Of a stretch of DNA of 40,686 nucleotides, positions 24,942-34,004 are shown in pieces. The first letter of the stretch is position 1. Each line of letters starts with the position of its first letter. Under the pieces are notes generated by a model. It saw nothing but the letters and a program-made list of their open reading frames with translations, ran no database searches and was not told where the DNA came from. Both the position numbers and the translations under genes were made by a program. This DNA comes from a virus (Duplodnaviria; Caudoviricetes): the IMG/VR virus record IMGVR_UViG_3300020045_003163, positions 1-40,686 of that record; one strand, written 5' to 3'.

Positions 24942-25625
24942 GTGAACAGCAAAGCTAAAAAACCAGCAGCATCAACCCCTTCGGGCGAGGCCACACCTGT
25001 GAATAAATCACAGGGTAAGCCTGGGCGCGCCGATTGGGAGGCCATCGCGCGCGCTTACCGGGCCGGCATTCTCTCGATCCGTGAGGTGGCCAAGGCCAAC
25101 GGCGTATCAGATACCGCGATTCGCAAGCGGGCCATTGCCGGCGGATGGAAGCGCGACTTGTCGGTTCGCATTGATGAGCAGGCAAGGGTCGCGCTGGTTC
25201 GCAGTGCAAACCCGCAAACCGAGCAGGAGATCATCGATCAGGCATCTGGGCAGGTCGTGGCGGTTGTTCGTACGCATCGCAAGCACATCAATCTTCAGGT
25301 TGGGCTTGTTGACCTGTTGACGCAGCAGCTCGTTGACGTGGCTGGCCAGCGCGAGGACTTCGAAGCGGCAATCGAGGAAGAAACGGCCAGCGACAAGAGC
25401 GGCGACCGGCGCGCCCGGCTGATGAAGGCCATTGCACTGCCGACGCACGCAAGCACCGCAGTGAACCTTTCGAACGCCTTGAAGACCCTGATCGGGCTTG
25501 AGCGCCAGGCTTTCAGCATCAAGGACGAGAGCGAGACGCCCATTTCCGCGCTGGGCGACTTGCTGCGCCAGGTCAGCGGCACCGGCCTGCCGATCGTCCG
25601 CGACGCCGAGGACAGCGTCCAGTGA
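24942..25625 (+). CDS. Terminase small subunit
   Basis: 'DWEAIARAYRAGILSIREVA...GVSDTAIRKRA...GWKRDL', 'LKTLIGLERQAF'. Directly upstream of TerL. Confidence 0.85.
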   Translation: MNSKAKKPAASTPSGEATPVNKSQGKPGRADWEAIARAYRAGILSIREVAKANGVSDTAIRKRAIAGGWKRDLSVRIDEQARVALVRSANPQTEQEIIDQASGQVVAVVRTHRKHINLQVGLVDLLTQQLVDVAGQREDFEAAIEEETASDKSGDRRARLMKAIALPTHASTAVNLSNALKTLIGLERQAFSIKDESETPISALGDLLRQVSGTGLPIVRDAEDSVQ

Positions 25626-27169
25626 CAGCCGCCAGGTCCGAGCATGACGCAGGCATCGAGTTGGCCAAGAACCTGGCTGATCCGATGTGGCGAATCTGTT
25701 CGGGTGCGCTCTATCGCATAGTCGTCAAAAAAGAAGACGCCGAGGAAGGATTGGTGCTGCGCTTCAAGCCGAACCGGGCTCAACGCCGTTTCATCGCCCG
25801 ATTGCACCACAGGAACATTATCCTAAAAGCAAGGCAATTAGGATTCACCACGCTGATCGCTATCATCTGGCTCGATCATGCACTTTTCAATGCGAACGTC
25901 CGTTGCGGCATCATTGCGCAGGACCGCGAGACGGCCGAGAGCATTTTCCGCGACAAGGTTCGCTTCGCTTACGACAATCTGCCCGAGGCGCTGCGCCAGG
26001 CCATGCCGCTGGAGAGTTGCACCAAGAGCGAGATGCTGTTCGCGCACAACAAGAGCAGCATCAGGGTAGCGACATCGGTGCGCGGCGGCACGATCCACCG
26101 GCTGCACATCAGCGAGTTCGGCAAAATCTGCGCAAAATTCCCAGACAAGGCGGCCGAGGTCGTCACCGGATCGATCCCGGCCGTACCGCAGTCGGGCATC
26201 CTGGTGATCGAAAGCACTGCAGAGGGCATGGAAGGCGAGTTCTTCGACATGACCCAGCGCTCCAAGGCGCTGCATGAGCAAGGCAAGACGCTGACCGACA
26301 AGGAATACCGGTTCCACTTCTTCCCATGGCACCAGGAGCCGGACTACCGCATGACCCCGACCGGCGTGCCGATCACTGACAAGGACACGGAATACTTCGA
26401 CCGTATCGAAGGCTTGATGTCGACCACGCTCGATGCCGAGCAACGCGCCTGGTATGTGGCGACGCGTGATGCTGACTTCCGCGAGAAGCCCGAGCGCATG
26501 TGGCAAGAATACCCAAGCACGCCCGACGAAGCCTTCCAGGTATCGACCGAGGGCACCTATTACGCCGTGCAGATGACTGCTGCGCGCAAGTCCGGCCGCA
26601 TCACCGACGTTCCGTACCAGCAGGGTATCCCGGTGAACACGTTCTGGGACATCGGCAACAGCGACGGTACAGCGGTCTGGTTTCACCAGCGCGTCGGCGT
26701 GCGCAATCATTTCGTGAAGTTCATCGAGGGATGGGGTGAGCCCTACGCGCATTTCGTCGCCGAGATGCAGAAAACCGGCTGGGTCTGGGGCCGCCACTAC
26801 CTGCCGCACGACGGCGCGCACGTCAGGCAAGGCATGGATGTCAACCTGTCGCCACTGCAGATGCTGGAGAACCTGGGGCTCCGCAACATCGAGATCGTCC
26901 CGCAAGTCTCCGAGCTTCAGCACGGAATTCAGGCGACGCGCGATGAGTTCGGCACCTGCGTCTTCGACCAGACGCAATGCAAGGAAGGGCTGATCCACCT
27001 CGAAATGTACCGCAAGAGCTGGAATGCGCGCCTGCAGTGCTGGGGCACGATCCCGCTGAAGGACATCCACACCGAAGGGGCGGACTCGTTCCGCCAGTTC
27101 GCGCAGGGCTACACGCCGGGCGGCAATGCCGGCTGGAAACGTAAATCAACGAGCTGGCGCGCCGCGTGA
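25622..27169 (+). CDS. Terminase large subunit
   Basis: Walker A 'ILKARQLGFTT', Walker B 'LHISE', coupling motif 'IESTAEG', nuclease 'WDIGNSD.TA' and 'H..GADSFR'. Confidence 0.95.
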   Translation: MTAARSEHDAGIELAKNLADPMWRICSGALYRIVVKKEDAEEGLVLRFKPNRAQRRFIARLHHRNIILKARQLGFTTLIAIIWLDHALFNANVRCGIIAQDRETAESIFRDKVRFAYDNLPEALRQAMPLESCTKSEMLFAHNKSSIRVATSVRGGTIHRLHISEFGKICAKFPDKAAEVVTGSIPAVPQSGILVIESTAEGMEGEFFDMTQRSKALHEQGKTLTDKEYRFHFFPWHQEPDYRMTPTGVPITDKDTEYFDRIEGLMSTTLDAEQRAWYVATRDADFREKPERMWQEYPSTPDEAFQVSTEGTYYAVQMTAARKSGRITDVPYQQGIPVNTFWDIGNSDGTAVWFHQRVGVRNHFVKFIEGWGEPYAHFVAEMQKTGWVWGRHYLPHDGAHVRQGMDVNLSPLQMLENLGLRNIEIVPQVSELQHGIQATRDEFGTCVFDQTQCKEGLIHLEMYRKSWNARLQCWGTIPLKDIHTEGADSFRQFAQGYTPGGNAGWKRKSTSWRAA

Positions 27170-27188
27170 GCCGAAACCGGAGAGAAAA

Positions 27189-27470
27189 ATGAAGTTCAGG
27201 AAAAAACCAGTCGTCATCGAAGCCATCACGTTTGATGAGTTGGTGCAGCACGGCCGCGACACTGGCGCGCCCATCGTGAGTGGCATGCCGTGGTCCTTCC
27301 AGTACGGCGGCCATCCGATCACGCATGAGAATGACCAGTGTTACATCGTGCCGACCAATGCAGGATCGGTCAACTTCACGCCAGGCGACATGCTCATCAC
27401 GCAGATCGATGGAGAGATCTACCCATGCCGGATGGACCTGTTCGCAGCAACCTACGAGCAAGTGTCATGA
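27189..27470 (+). CDS. Conserved phage protein
   Basis: 'KFRKKPVVIEA...PGDMLI....GEIYPC..DLF..TYE'. Confidence 0.8.
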   Translation: MKFRKKPVVIEAITFDELVQHGRDTGAPIVSGMPWSFQYGGHPITHENDQCYIVPTNAGSVNFTPGDMLITQIDGEIYPCRMDLFAATYEQVS

Positions 27471-27907
27471 TCGACACGACCGCACGCCCCGCAATCGACC
27501 TGACCCGCCACGCCTTCATGCGCGAGTGGAAAGACCTCGTAATCTTCGGTTCATGGATCCACAACGACGACCAGGAAGACGACGAACCCGCACTGGTGAT
27601 CGTGCCGCGCTACCGCCGGCGCGGATACCTGCCGGTTTGCATCGCTTTGTCAGCAGCCTACAAGTACAATTCGCCGAAGTACCTGGCCCGAGCATCGCAG
27701 CAGTTTTGCCACTCGCTGGGCTTCGAGGATTCGATGGCGAACGCGAACAAGATCGCTGAAGCCATTCACTCGCACCTTCTCGACCTCTTGAGCATGCCGA
27801 TCAGCCCGACGACCGCGATCATCATGGGCGAGGCCAGCATGACGATGGTCGATGGCGTCAAGCGCACGGTCGAATTCATGGATCACGCGCCAACCCTGCA
27901 GCAGTAA
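27467..27907 (+). CDS. Hypothetical phage protein preceding portal
   Basis: ATGA-coupled, 146 aa. Confidence 0.7.
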   Translation: MIDTTARPAIDLTRHAFMREWKDLVIFGSWIHNDDQEDDEPALVIVPRYRRRGYLPVCIALSAAYKYNSPKYLARASQQFCHSLGFEDSMANANKIAEAIHSHLLDLLSMPISPTTAIIMGEASMTMVDGVKRTVEFMDHAPTLQQ

Positions 27908-27923
27908 TTCACCGGAAAACTGA

Positions 27924-30206
27924 ATGTTCAACCTCGCCGACGAGAAACACACCCGACTGGTCAAGGACAATCCGCTCGATCGGATGCCCGTTGATCGCGA
28001 CAACCAGGTCGATGAGCCTGACGATCCGCTTGACGCGGCCCCGATGCGCGAGCTGCACGGCCAGTTGATCAGCTACTACCGGCAAGAGTTGGATCGGCAA
28101 TCGACCAACCGCTTCAACCAGGCGGTGGACGAAGACTATTACGATCACATCCAATGGACCGAGGAAGAAGCGCAGACGCTGAAGGACCGGGGCCAGGCTC
28201 CGATCGTCTACAACGTCATCGCCCAGACGCTGAACTGGATCATTGGATCTGAGAAGCGAGGCCGCACCGATTTCAAGATCCTGCCGCGCGGCAAGGAAGA
28301 CGCCAAGCCTGCCGAGGGCAAGACCAAGTACCTGAAGTATCTGGCCGACGTGAACCGCACGGCTTTCCACCGATCGCGCGCCTTCGAGGACGCCGCCAAG
28401 GTTGGTATCGGCTGGCTCGAAGTGGGCGCACAGGACGAAGACGACGGCGAACCGATCTACATGCGCTATGAGAACTGGCGCAATATGCTTTGGGACTCGG
28501 CCTCGACCGAGATCGACGGCAGCGACATGCGCTATCAATTCCGCAGCAAGTGGGTGGATGAAGACATCGCCAAGGCGCTTTTCGCAGCCCGTGCCGAGCA
28601 GGTTGAGAGCAGCGTCACCGACACGACCATGTACGGCAGCTTCGACATGGTGGACGGCGATGAGGCCATGGACTCGGCCGAAGCCGCGCTCGAAGACACG
28701 GGCGGGCATGGTTCGATCGACATCCACCGCCGCCGGCGCGTGCGCTTGATCGAAGCCTGGTATCGCGCGCCCGAAACCGTCAAGAAGCTGCGCGGCGGCA
28801 TGTTCACCGGCGAAGTGTTCGAGGAAAGCAACCCAAACCACGCGGAATCTCTGGCGCTCGGCAAGTCCATCCTGGTCGAGAAGGTGATGATGCGGACCCG
28901 CTGCGCGATCATGACGCCCACGGAGATGCTGTACGAAGGCCCGAGCCCTTACAAGCACAACCGCTTCAAGTTCGTCCCTGTCTGGGCCTATCGACGTGGC
29001 AGGGATGGTCTGCCCTATGGTGTGGTGCGAGGATTACGCGACATCCAGGACGACATCAACAAGCGTGCCAGCAAGGCGCTGCACATCCTAAGCACGAACA
29101 AGGTCATCATGGATGAGGGCGCAGTCGATGACATGGACTCGTTCGCCGATGAAATCGCCAGGCCCGACGCCATCATCATCAAGAAGGCCGGCAAGCAGAT
29201 CGACCTCAACGTCGACCGCGAGCTGGCACCCGCCCATTTGGAGCTGATGAGCCGCAACATCACGATGATTCAGCAGGTGGGTGGCGTGACGGACGAACTG
29301 ATGGGGCGCACGACCAATGCAACGTCAGGCGTCGCGGTCAAGGCGCGCCAGGAGCAGGGCAGCGTCAGCACGAACAAACTGTTCGACAACCTGCGCCTCG
29401 CGGTACAGATGGAGGGCGAGCTTGAACTGAGCCTGATGGAGCAGTTTGTTACCGAAGAAAAACAGTTCCGCATCACGAACCAGCGCGGCACGCCGGAATT
29501 CATCACGGTCAACGATGGCTTGCCTGAGAACGACATCACCCGCACCAAGGCGGATTTCGTGATCAGTGAATCCGATTGGCGCGCCACGATGCGCCAGGCC
29601 GCAAGCGAACAACTGTCCGACATGATGATGAAGATGCCGCCGCAAGTCGCATTGGTCATGCTCGATCTGGTGGTGGAAGGCATGGACATCGAGAACCGCG
29701 ACGAACTGGTCAAGCGCATCCGGCAACTGAACGGCCAGCGCGACCCCGACGCCACGGAACTGAGCGAAGAAGAACGCATGGCGATGCAGAACAAGGCGAT
29801 GGAAGCCGAAGCGCAGAAAGCCATGTTCGAAGCCGAGTTGGGATTGAAGCAGGCCGAACTGGCGCTGAAGCAGGCCCAGGCCGGCAAGGCCGACGCCGAC
29901 GCCAGCCGGGCCAAGCGCATGATGATCGGCGACAGCATGACAGCCGCTGTCAGCGCGATGGAAGCCGCTACCAGGGTCGTCACGATGCCGACGATCGCCA
30001 AGGTCGCCGACAATCTGCTGCAAGAAGCTGGCTGGAAGGCGATCCACACGGCTGCAGGCATGGCCGCTGGCGGGATTCCACCGATGCCCGCACCACAACC
30101 GCAGCCACAACCGCAGCAAATCGCACCAGAGCAGCAACAAATCGAACCACAACCCGCACCAAACGGTATGATGCAGGATCAAACGCAACAAATTCCAGGA
30201 GTATGA
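27924..30206 (+). CDS. Portal protein (P22/N4-like)
   Basis: 760 aa. 'DYYD..QW....L..RGQAP..YN.I', 'YG.VR.LRDIQDDINKR.SKA', 'SGVAV.ARQEQG', C-terminal coiled coil. Confidence 0.9.
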   Translation: MFNLADEKHTRLVKDNPLDRMPVDRDNQVDEPDDPLDAAPMRELHGQLISYYRQELDRQSTNRFNQAVDEDYYDHIQWTEEEAQTLKDRGQAPIVYNVIAQTLNWIIGSEKRGRTDFKILPRGKEDAKPAEGKTKYLKYLADVNRTAFHRSRAFEDAAKVGIGWLEVGAQDEDDGEPIYMRYENWRNMLWDSASTEIDGSDMRYQFRSKWVDEDIAKALFAARAEQVESSVTDTTMYGSFDMVDGDEAMDSAEAALEDTGGHGSIDIHRRRRVRLIEAWYRAPETVKKLRGGMFTGEVFEESNPNHAESLALGKSILVEKVMMRTRCAIMTPTEMLYEGPSPYKHNRFKFVPVWAYRRGRDGLPYGVVRGLRDIQDDINKRASKALHILSTNKVIMDEGAVDDMDSFADEIARPDAIIIKKAGKQIDLNVDRELAPAHLELMSRNITMIQQVGGVTDELMGRTTNATSGVAVKARQEQGSVSTNKLFDNLRLAVQMEGELELSLMEQFVTEEKQFRITNQRGTPEFITVNDGLPENDITRTKADFVISESDWRATMRQAASEQLSDMMMKMPPQVALVMLDLVVEGMDIENRDELVKRIRQLNGQRDPDATELSEEERMAMQNKAMEAEAQKAMFEAELGLKQAELALKQAQAGKADADASRAKRMMIGDSMTAAVSAMEAATRVVTMPTIAKVADNLLQEAGWKAIHTAAGMAAGGIPPMPAPQPQPQPQQIAPEQQQIEPQPAPNGMMQDQTQQIPGV

Positions 30207-30427
30207 CCATGCTGCAACCACATCAACAGCGCGTCGTCGACGAAAAGGCGGATCTCGACACGAAGATCGCTGACCTGTCGGCGTTCATCGAGTCGTTTAA
30301 TGCAGGATTCAGCAGGTTTGCGGCATTGCCGGAGCCGGAGCGCATGCGCCTGTACGCGCAGCTCCGGACGATGGTTGCATATTCCAGCATCCTGTCCGAG
30401 CGCATCGCCGCCTTCCCTAAGTCCTAA
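30203..30427 (+). CDS. Small conserved phage protein (crAss001_48-like)
   Basis: 'PHQQRVVDEKADLD.KI..L..FI...F..L...ER..L..Q...M..YS.IL.ERIA.F'. Confidence 0.75.
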   Translation: MTMLQPHQQRVVDEKADLDTKIADLSAFIESFNAGFSRFAALPEPERMRLYAQLRTMVAYSSILSERIAAFPKS

Positions 30428-30443
30428 CCCGGAGCCAACGCAC

Positions 30444-31307
30444 ATGACCACCAACCAGAACCCGCCCGAAATCGACGACGGCCTGACCGACGAAGAACGC
30501 GCCGCCTTGCTCGACGAGGACGGCACCGATGAAGACAACGAAAGCGGCGATGACCAGGACAATGAAGACGAAAGCAGCGATGCTGATGGCGCTGATGATG
30601 CCGATGACGCTGATGACGCCGCCAATGCAGGGCGCGACGATGGCGAGCCTGCCGACGATCAAGCCGATGAACCGGGCGCAGCGCCGCAGCAAGCTGCCCC
30701 AGTATTCGTAGCTCAGGCCCCAGCCGACGCAGAAGCCAAGCTGGCCGAGATCGGGACCAAGAAGGAAGAACTGATTACCCAGTTCGACGATGGCGACATC
30801 ACCGCGAAAGAGTACCAGCAGCAGCTCGACGCGCTGGGCAAGCAGGAGCGCCAGATCGAGCGCGACGTGGACCGCGCCAGCCTCGCGGGCGACATGGAGC
30901 AGCAACGCCAGCAAAACGACTGGGTGACGACAGTGAATTCGTTCTTAGAAGTCAACAAGGACTACGCCAGCAATCCGCGCCTGCATCGCGCCTTGGACCT
31001 CGAAGTGCGCGACGTGGCCATGACCGAAGAAGGCAAGGCGATGAACGGCGCGCAGATCCTGGCAAAGTCGCACGCCAACCTGATCGAAGCGGGCATGATC
31101 AAGGCCAACGGCAAGCCAGCGCAGGGTAAGGCACCACGTCCGAACCTGCCGCCCAACCTGGCGCGGGTTCCCGCCTCGGAATCGAACGACACCAGCGGCG
31201 GGCGCTTCGCCTCGCTCGATCGCTTGGCCACCTCCGATCCCATGGCTTACGAAGACAAGCTCATGAGCCTGTCTGACGCCGACCGCCGCGCCTACCTGGC
31301 CGAGTAA
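30444..31307 (+). CDS. Capsid scaffolding protein
   Basis: Highly acidic N-terminus and coiled coil, between portal and capsid. Confidence 0.75.
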   Translation: MTTNQNPPEIDDGLTDEERAALLDEDGTDEDNESGDDQDNEDESSDADGADDADDADDAANAGRDDGEPADDQADEPGAAPQQAAPVFVAQAPADAEAKLAEIGTKKEELITQFDDGDITAKEYQQQLDALGKQERQIERDVDRASLAGDMEQQRQQNDWVTTVNSFLEVNKDYASNPRLHRALDLEVRDVAMTEEGKAMNGAQILAKSHANLIEAGMIKANGKPAQGKAPRPNLPPNLARVPASESNDTSGGRFASLDRLATSDPMAYEDKLMSLSDADRRAYLAE

Positions 31308-31360
31308 TCACCGGGCGGCCGGGTCACACTGGCCGCCCATCACATGAAAACGACGACGCC

Positions 31361-31618
31361 ATGCACACACTGCTCCACATCATCATCATTCTGATGACCA
31401 TTGCCGTTCTGGCCTCGCTGCTGGACGAGTGCCGCCATGCGGTGAGCGTCAGTCGATGGTCCAAAGGGGTATCAATTGCGGCATTCTTCGTCTTTGGCTT
31501 GGTGCTCGTCCCGATCGTTCTTCTCGATCCATGGCACTGGCCATCGATAGTCGTGCTCTCGCTCATATTGGCGTTTGAACTATGGGTGAGTCGAAGCAAC
31601 GCCCGCACTTACCTCTAA
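31361..31618 (+). CDS. Small membrane protein
   Basis: 85 aa with three hydrophobic segments. Confidence 0.5.
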   Translation: MHTLLHIIIILMTIAVLASLLDECRHAVSVSRWSKGVSIAAFFVFGLVLVPIVLLDPWHWPSIVVLSLILAFELWVSRSNARTYL

Positions 31619-31629
31619 CCGGAACCAGC

Positions 31630-31821
31630 ATGCTGCAAATCAACCTGAAGATCGGCGAGTCCATATCCATCGGCGGCATCGCCATCATCACGCTCGAAGA
31701 AAAGTCGGGCCGCAGCGCCAGGCTGGCCATCGATGCGGATCGTTCGGTCGCCGTGACGCGAGTTGAGCCCAACAGCGCGGCGAAACTCGCAGCCTCGGGC
31801 GGCATCACAGGGCGACCGTAG
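31630..31821 (+). CDS. CsrA/RsmA-like small protein
   Basis: MLQINLKIGESISIGGIAIITLEEKSGRSARLAIDADRSVAVTR aligns by eye with CsrA ([44 protein letters not shown]). Confidence 0.65.
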   Translation: MLQINLKIGESISIGGIAIITLEEKSGRSARLAIDADRSVAVTRVEPNSAAKLAASGGITGRP

Positions 31822-31935
31822 ATCATTGCTTTGCGGATACTGGTTGCAATTCCATACCATATAGACGAAAATCACAACACAGATTCGCGCAGGAGCGCCG
31901 GCCTGATTTTTTAATCAACCACAAGGCGCTCCATT

Positions 31936-33033
31936 ATGGCTACCACCACGTTCGGCACCACCGACGCAAAGACGCAAAAGAAATGGTCTGCGACCCTCGC
32001 AGTCGATACCCGCAAGAAGTCGTACTTCGAAAACCGGTTCATCGGCACCGACGACAACAACATCATCCAGCGCAAAACTGAACTCGAAGGCGACGCCGGC
32101 GACCGCATCTCGTTCGACCTGTGCGTCCAGATGCGCAACAAGCCGACTTATGGCGACGCGCGACTGGAAGGCAAAGAAGAATCGCTGAAGTTTTTCACCG
32201 CCGAAGTTGTCATCGATCAAGTCCGTCACGGCGCATCCGCCGGCGGCAAGATGTCCCGCAAGCGCGTGGCGCACGACCTCCGCTCGATTGCAAAATCCCG
32301 CCTCGGCGATTACTTCGCGCGCCTGGTCGATGAACTGTTCTTCATGTACCTGTCCGGCGCTCGCGGCATCAACGAAGACTTCATCGAAGGCACCGACTAC
32401 ACCGGTTTCGCCGGCAACGCGTTCACGGCACCCGATGCGGATCACCTGCTGTTTGGCGGCTCGGCCACCACCAAGGCCACCGTCACCGCTTCCGACAAGA
32501 TGAGCAAAGCCGTCATCGAGAAGGCGCTGAACAAAGCTGAGATGATGCAGGCGCGCAATCCTGAAACGGCCAACATGGTAGCGGTCAAGAACGGCGATGA
32601 AGAACAGTATGTCGTGCTGATGTCGCCCGACCAGGCTTATGACCTGCGCGTCGCCGACACCACCGGCTGGCTGGACATCCAGAAAGCTGCAGCCGCTGCC
32701 GAGGGCAAGTCGAACCCGATCTTCAAGGGCGGCCTGGGCATGATCGGCGGCGCTGTGCTGCACAAGCATCGCTCGGTCGTGCGCTTTGCCGACTACGGCG
32801 CTGGTGCCAACGTCAACGCAGCCCGCGCCATGTTGCTCGGTCGCCAGGCTGCAGTCGTGGCCTATGGCACCTCGGGTGGCTTGCGCTACTCGTGGGCTGA
32901 AAGCACGAAGGACCATGGCAATGAGCCTGTGGTCGCTTCCGGCTTCATCGGCGGCATCAAGAAGACGCGCTTCAACTCGAAAGACTTCGGCGTGATCTCG
33001 ATCGACACCGCAGCCAAAGATCCGAACTCGTAA
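31936..33033 (+). CDS. Major capsid protein (N4-gp56/DUF4043-type)
   Basis: 'GDRISFDL', 'GDARLEGKEESL.F', 'IDQVRH', 'NPIFKGGLGMI.G.VLHKH', 'DFGVISIDTA'. Confidence 0.92.
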   Translation: MATTTFGTTDAKTQKKWSATLAVDTRKKSYFENRFIGTDDNNIIQRKTELEGDAGDRISFDLCVQMRNKPTYGDARLEGKEESLKFFTAEVVIDQVRHGASAGGKMSRKRVAHDLRSIAKSRLGDYFARLVDELFFMYLSGARGINEDFIEGTDYTGFAGNAFTAPDADHLLFGGSATTKATVTASDKMSKAVIEKALNKAEMMQARNPETANMVAVKNGDEEQYVVLMSPDQAYDLRVADTTGWLDIQKAAAAAEGKSNPIFKGGLGMIGGAVLHKHRSVVRFADYGAGANVNAARAMLLGRQAAVVAYGTSGGLRYSWAESTKDHGNEPVVASGFIGGIKKTRFNSKDFGVISIDTAAKDPNS

Positions 33034-33099
33034 TCGTCTGGGCCTGGCTGAAACGCCGGGCCTGTCGATTGACCGTCCAACCCATTCAGGAGCACCACC

Positions 33100-33576
33100 A
33101 TGACCACTCGCGCATCCAAATACGCCACCGGCCAACTCGCTACCGTCAACGGCGATTGCGCCGGCGATACGATCTCGGCCGATTACTTCTACGACATTCC
33201 TGCCGCCCAGTTGATCGCTGGCGACATCATCGACCTCGGCATCCTGCCGGCCAATCACACAGTCGGTGACGCCATCCTGATCGCCGACGACATCGATTCC
33301 AACGGCACCCCGCTGGTTTCGCTCGACGTCGGCATCATGTCCGGCACGCCAGGCGACATCACCAGTGCGCGCACCTGCGGCGCTGAACTGTTCTCGGGTG
33401 ACACGTCGGCCCGCACCGCCGCGATCTCGCGCATGACGCTGCCGTCCGGCTTCAAGATCACCCCGGTGCAATACGACCGCTCGATCGGCGTCAAGATCGT
33501 CGCTGCCCCGGCCACCGCTGCCGCCGGCCGCATCCGGGTTCGCGTCTTCATGCACCCGAGCGACACCCAGTTCTAA
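33100..33576 (+). CDS. Capsid cement/decoration protein
   Basis: Beta-rich 158 aa right after the capsid gene. 'GDIIDLGILPA', 'DDIDSNGTP..SLDVG'. Confidence 0.7.
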   Translation: MTTRASKYATGQLATVNGDCAGDTISADYFYDIPAAQLIAGDIIDLGILPANHTVGDAILIADDIDSNGTPLVSLDVGIMSGTPGDITSARTCGAELFSGDTSARTAAISRMTLPSGFKITPVQYDRSIGVKIVAAPATAAAGRIRVRVFMHPSDTQF

Positions 33577-33583
33577 CTGGGGC

Positions 33584-33605
33584 AGGGGCTTCGGCCCCTT
33601 TTTTT
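33584..33605 (+). terminator. Rho-independent terminator
   Basis: AGGGGC-TTCG-GCCCCT-TTTTTT. Confidence 0.9.
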
Positions 33606-33624
33606 CATTCACTTCAGGGAAATC

Positions 33625-34002
33625 ATGGACATCGAAAGCAAACTCAAGCGCGAAGGCGGCAGCCGCATTCAACTCGGCGCGACCGAATACCACTTTGCGC
33701 CGGGGGATGACGGCGCGCACGTCGCCGCTGTCGATGACGATGAGCATGTCGCCACGCTGCTGGCGATCCCGGAAGGATTCCGCATCTACAAGCAAGCGGG
33801 CTGGCCAGTCGAGCAAGCTGCATCCGTTGCACCAAGCGAACCCGAACCCGATACCGAAGACCCGACCGAGGCCGAGATTGCCGCCTTGCGCGCCGACCTC
33901 GCGGCCCAGTTCGAAGCCAAGTTCGGCAAGAAGCCGCATTACAACCTGTCGATCGACAAGCTGCGCAATGCGCTGATGTCGGTCCAGAACGATCAGGACT
34001 GA
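33625..34002 (+). CDS. Hypothetical virion-associated protein
   Basis: 125 aa, C-terminal 'FEAKFGKKPHYNLSIDKLR'. Confidence 0.7.
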   Translation: MDIESKLKREGGSRIQLGATEYHFAPGDDGAHVAAVDDDEHVATLLAIPEGFRIYKQAGWPVEQAASVAPSEPEPDTEDPTEAEIAALRADLAAQFEAKFGKKPHYNLSIDKLRNALMSVQNDQD

Positions 34003-34004
34003 CA

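Noticed and set aside
30090-30200. CCACAACCGCAG-type repeats in the portal 3' end
   Set aside because: Explained by the low-complexity Pro/Gln protein tail.
31313-31338. Hairpins after scaffold (31313-38) and after capsid (~33041-62) as terminators
   Set aside because: Strong stems but no U-tract. More likely mRNA-stabilising or processing hairpins.
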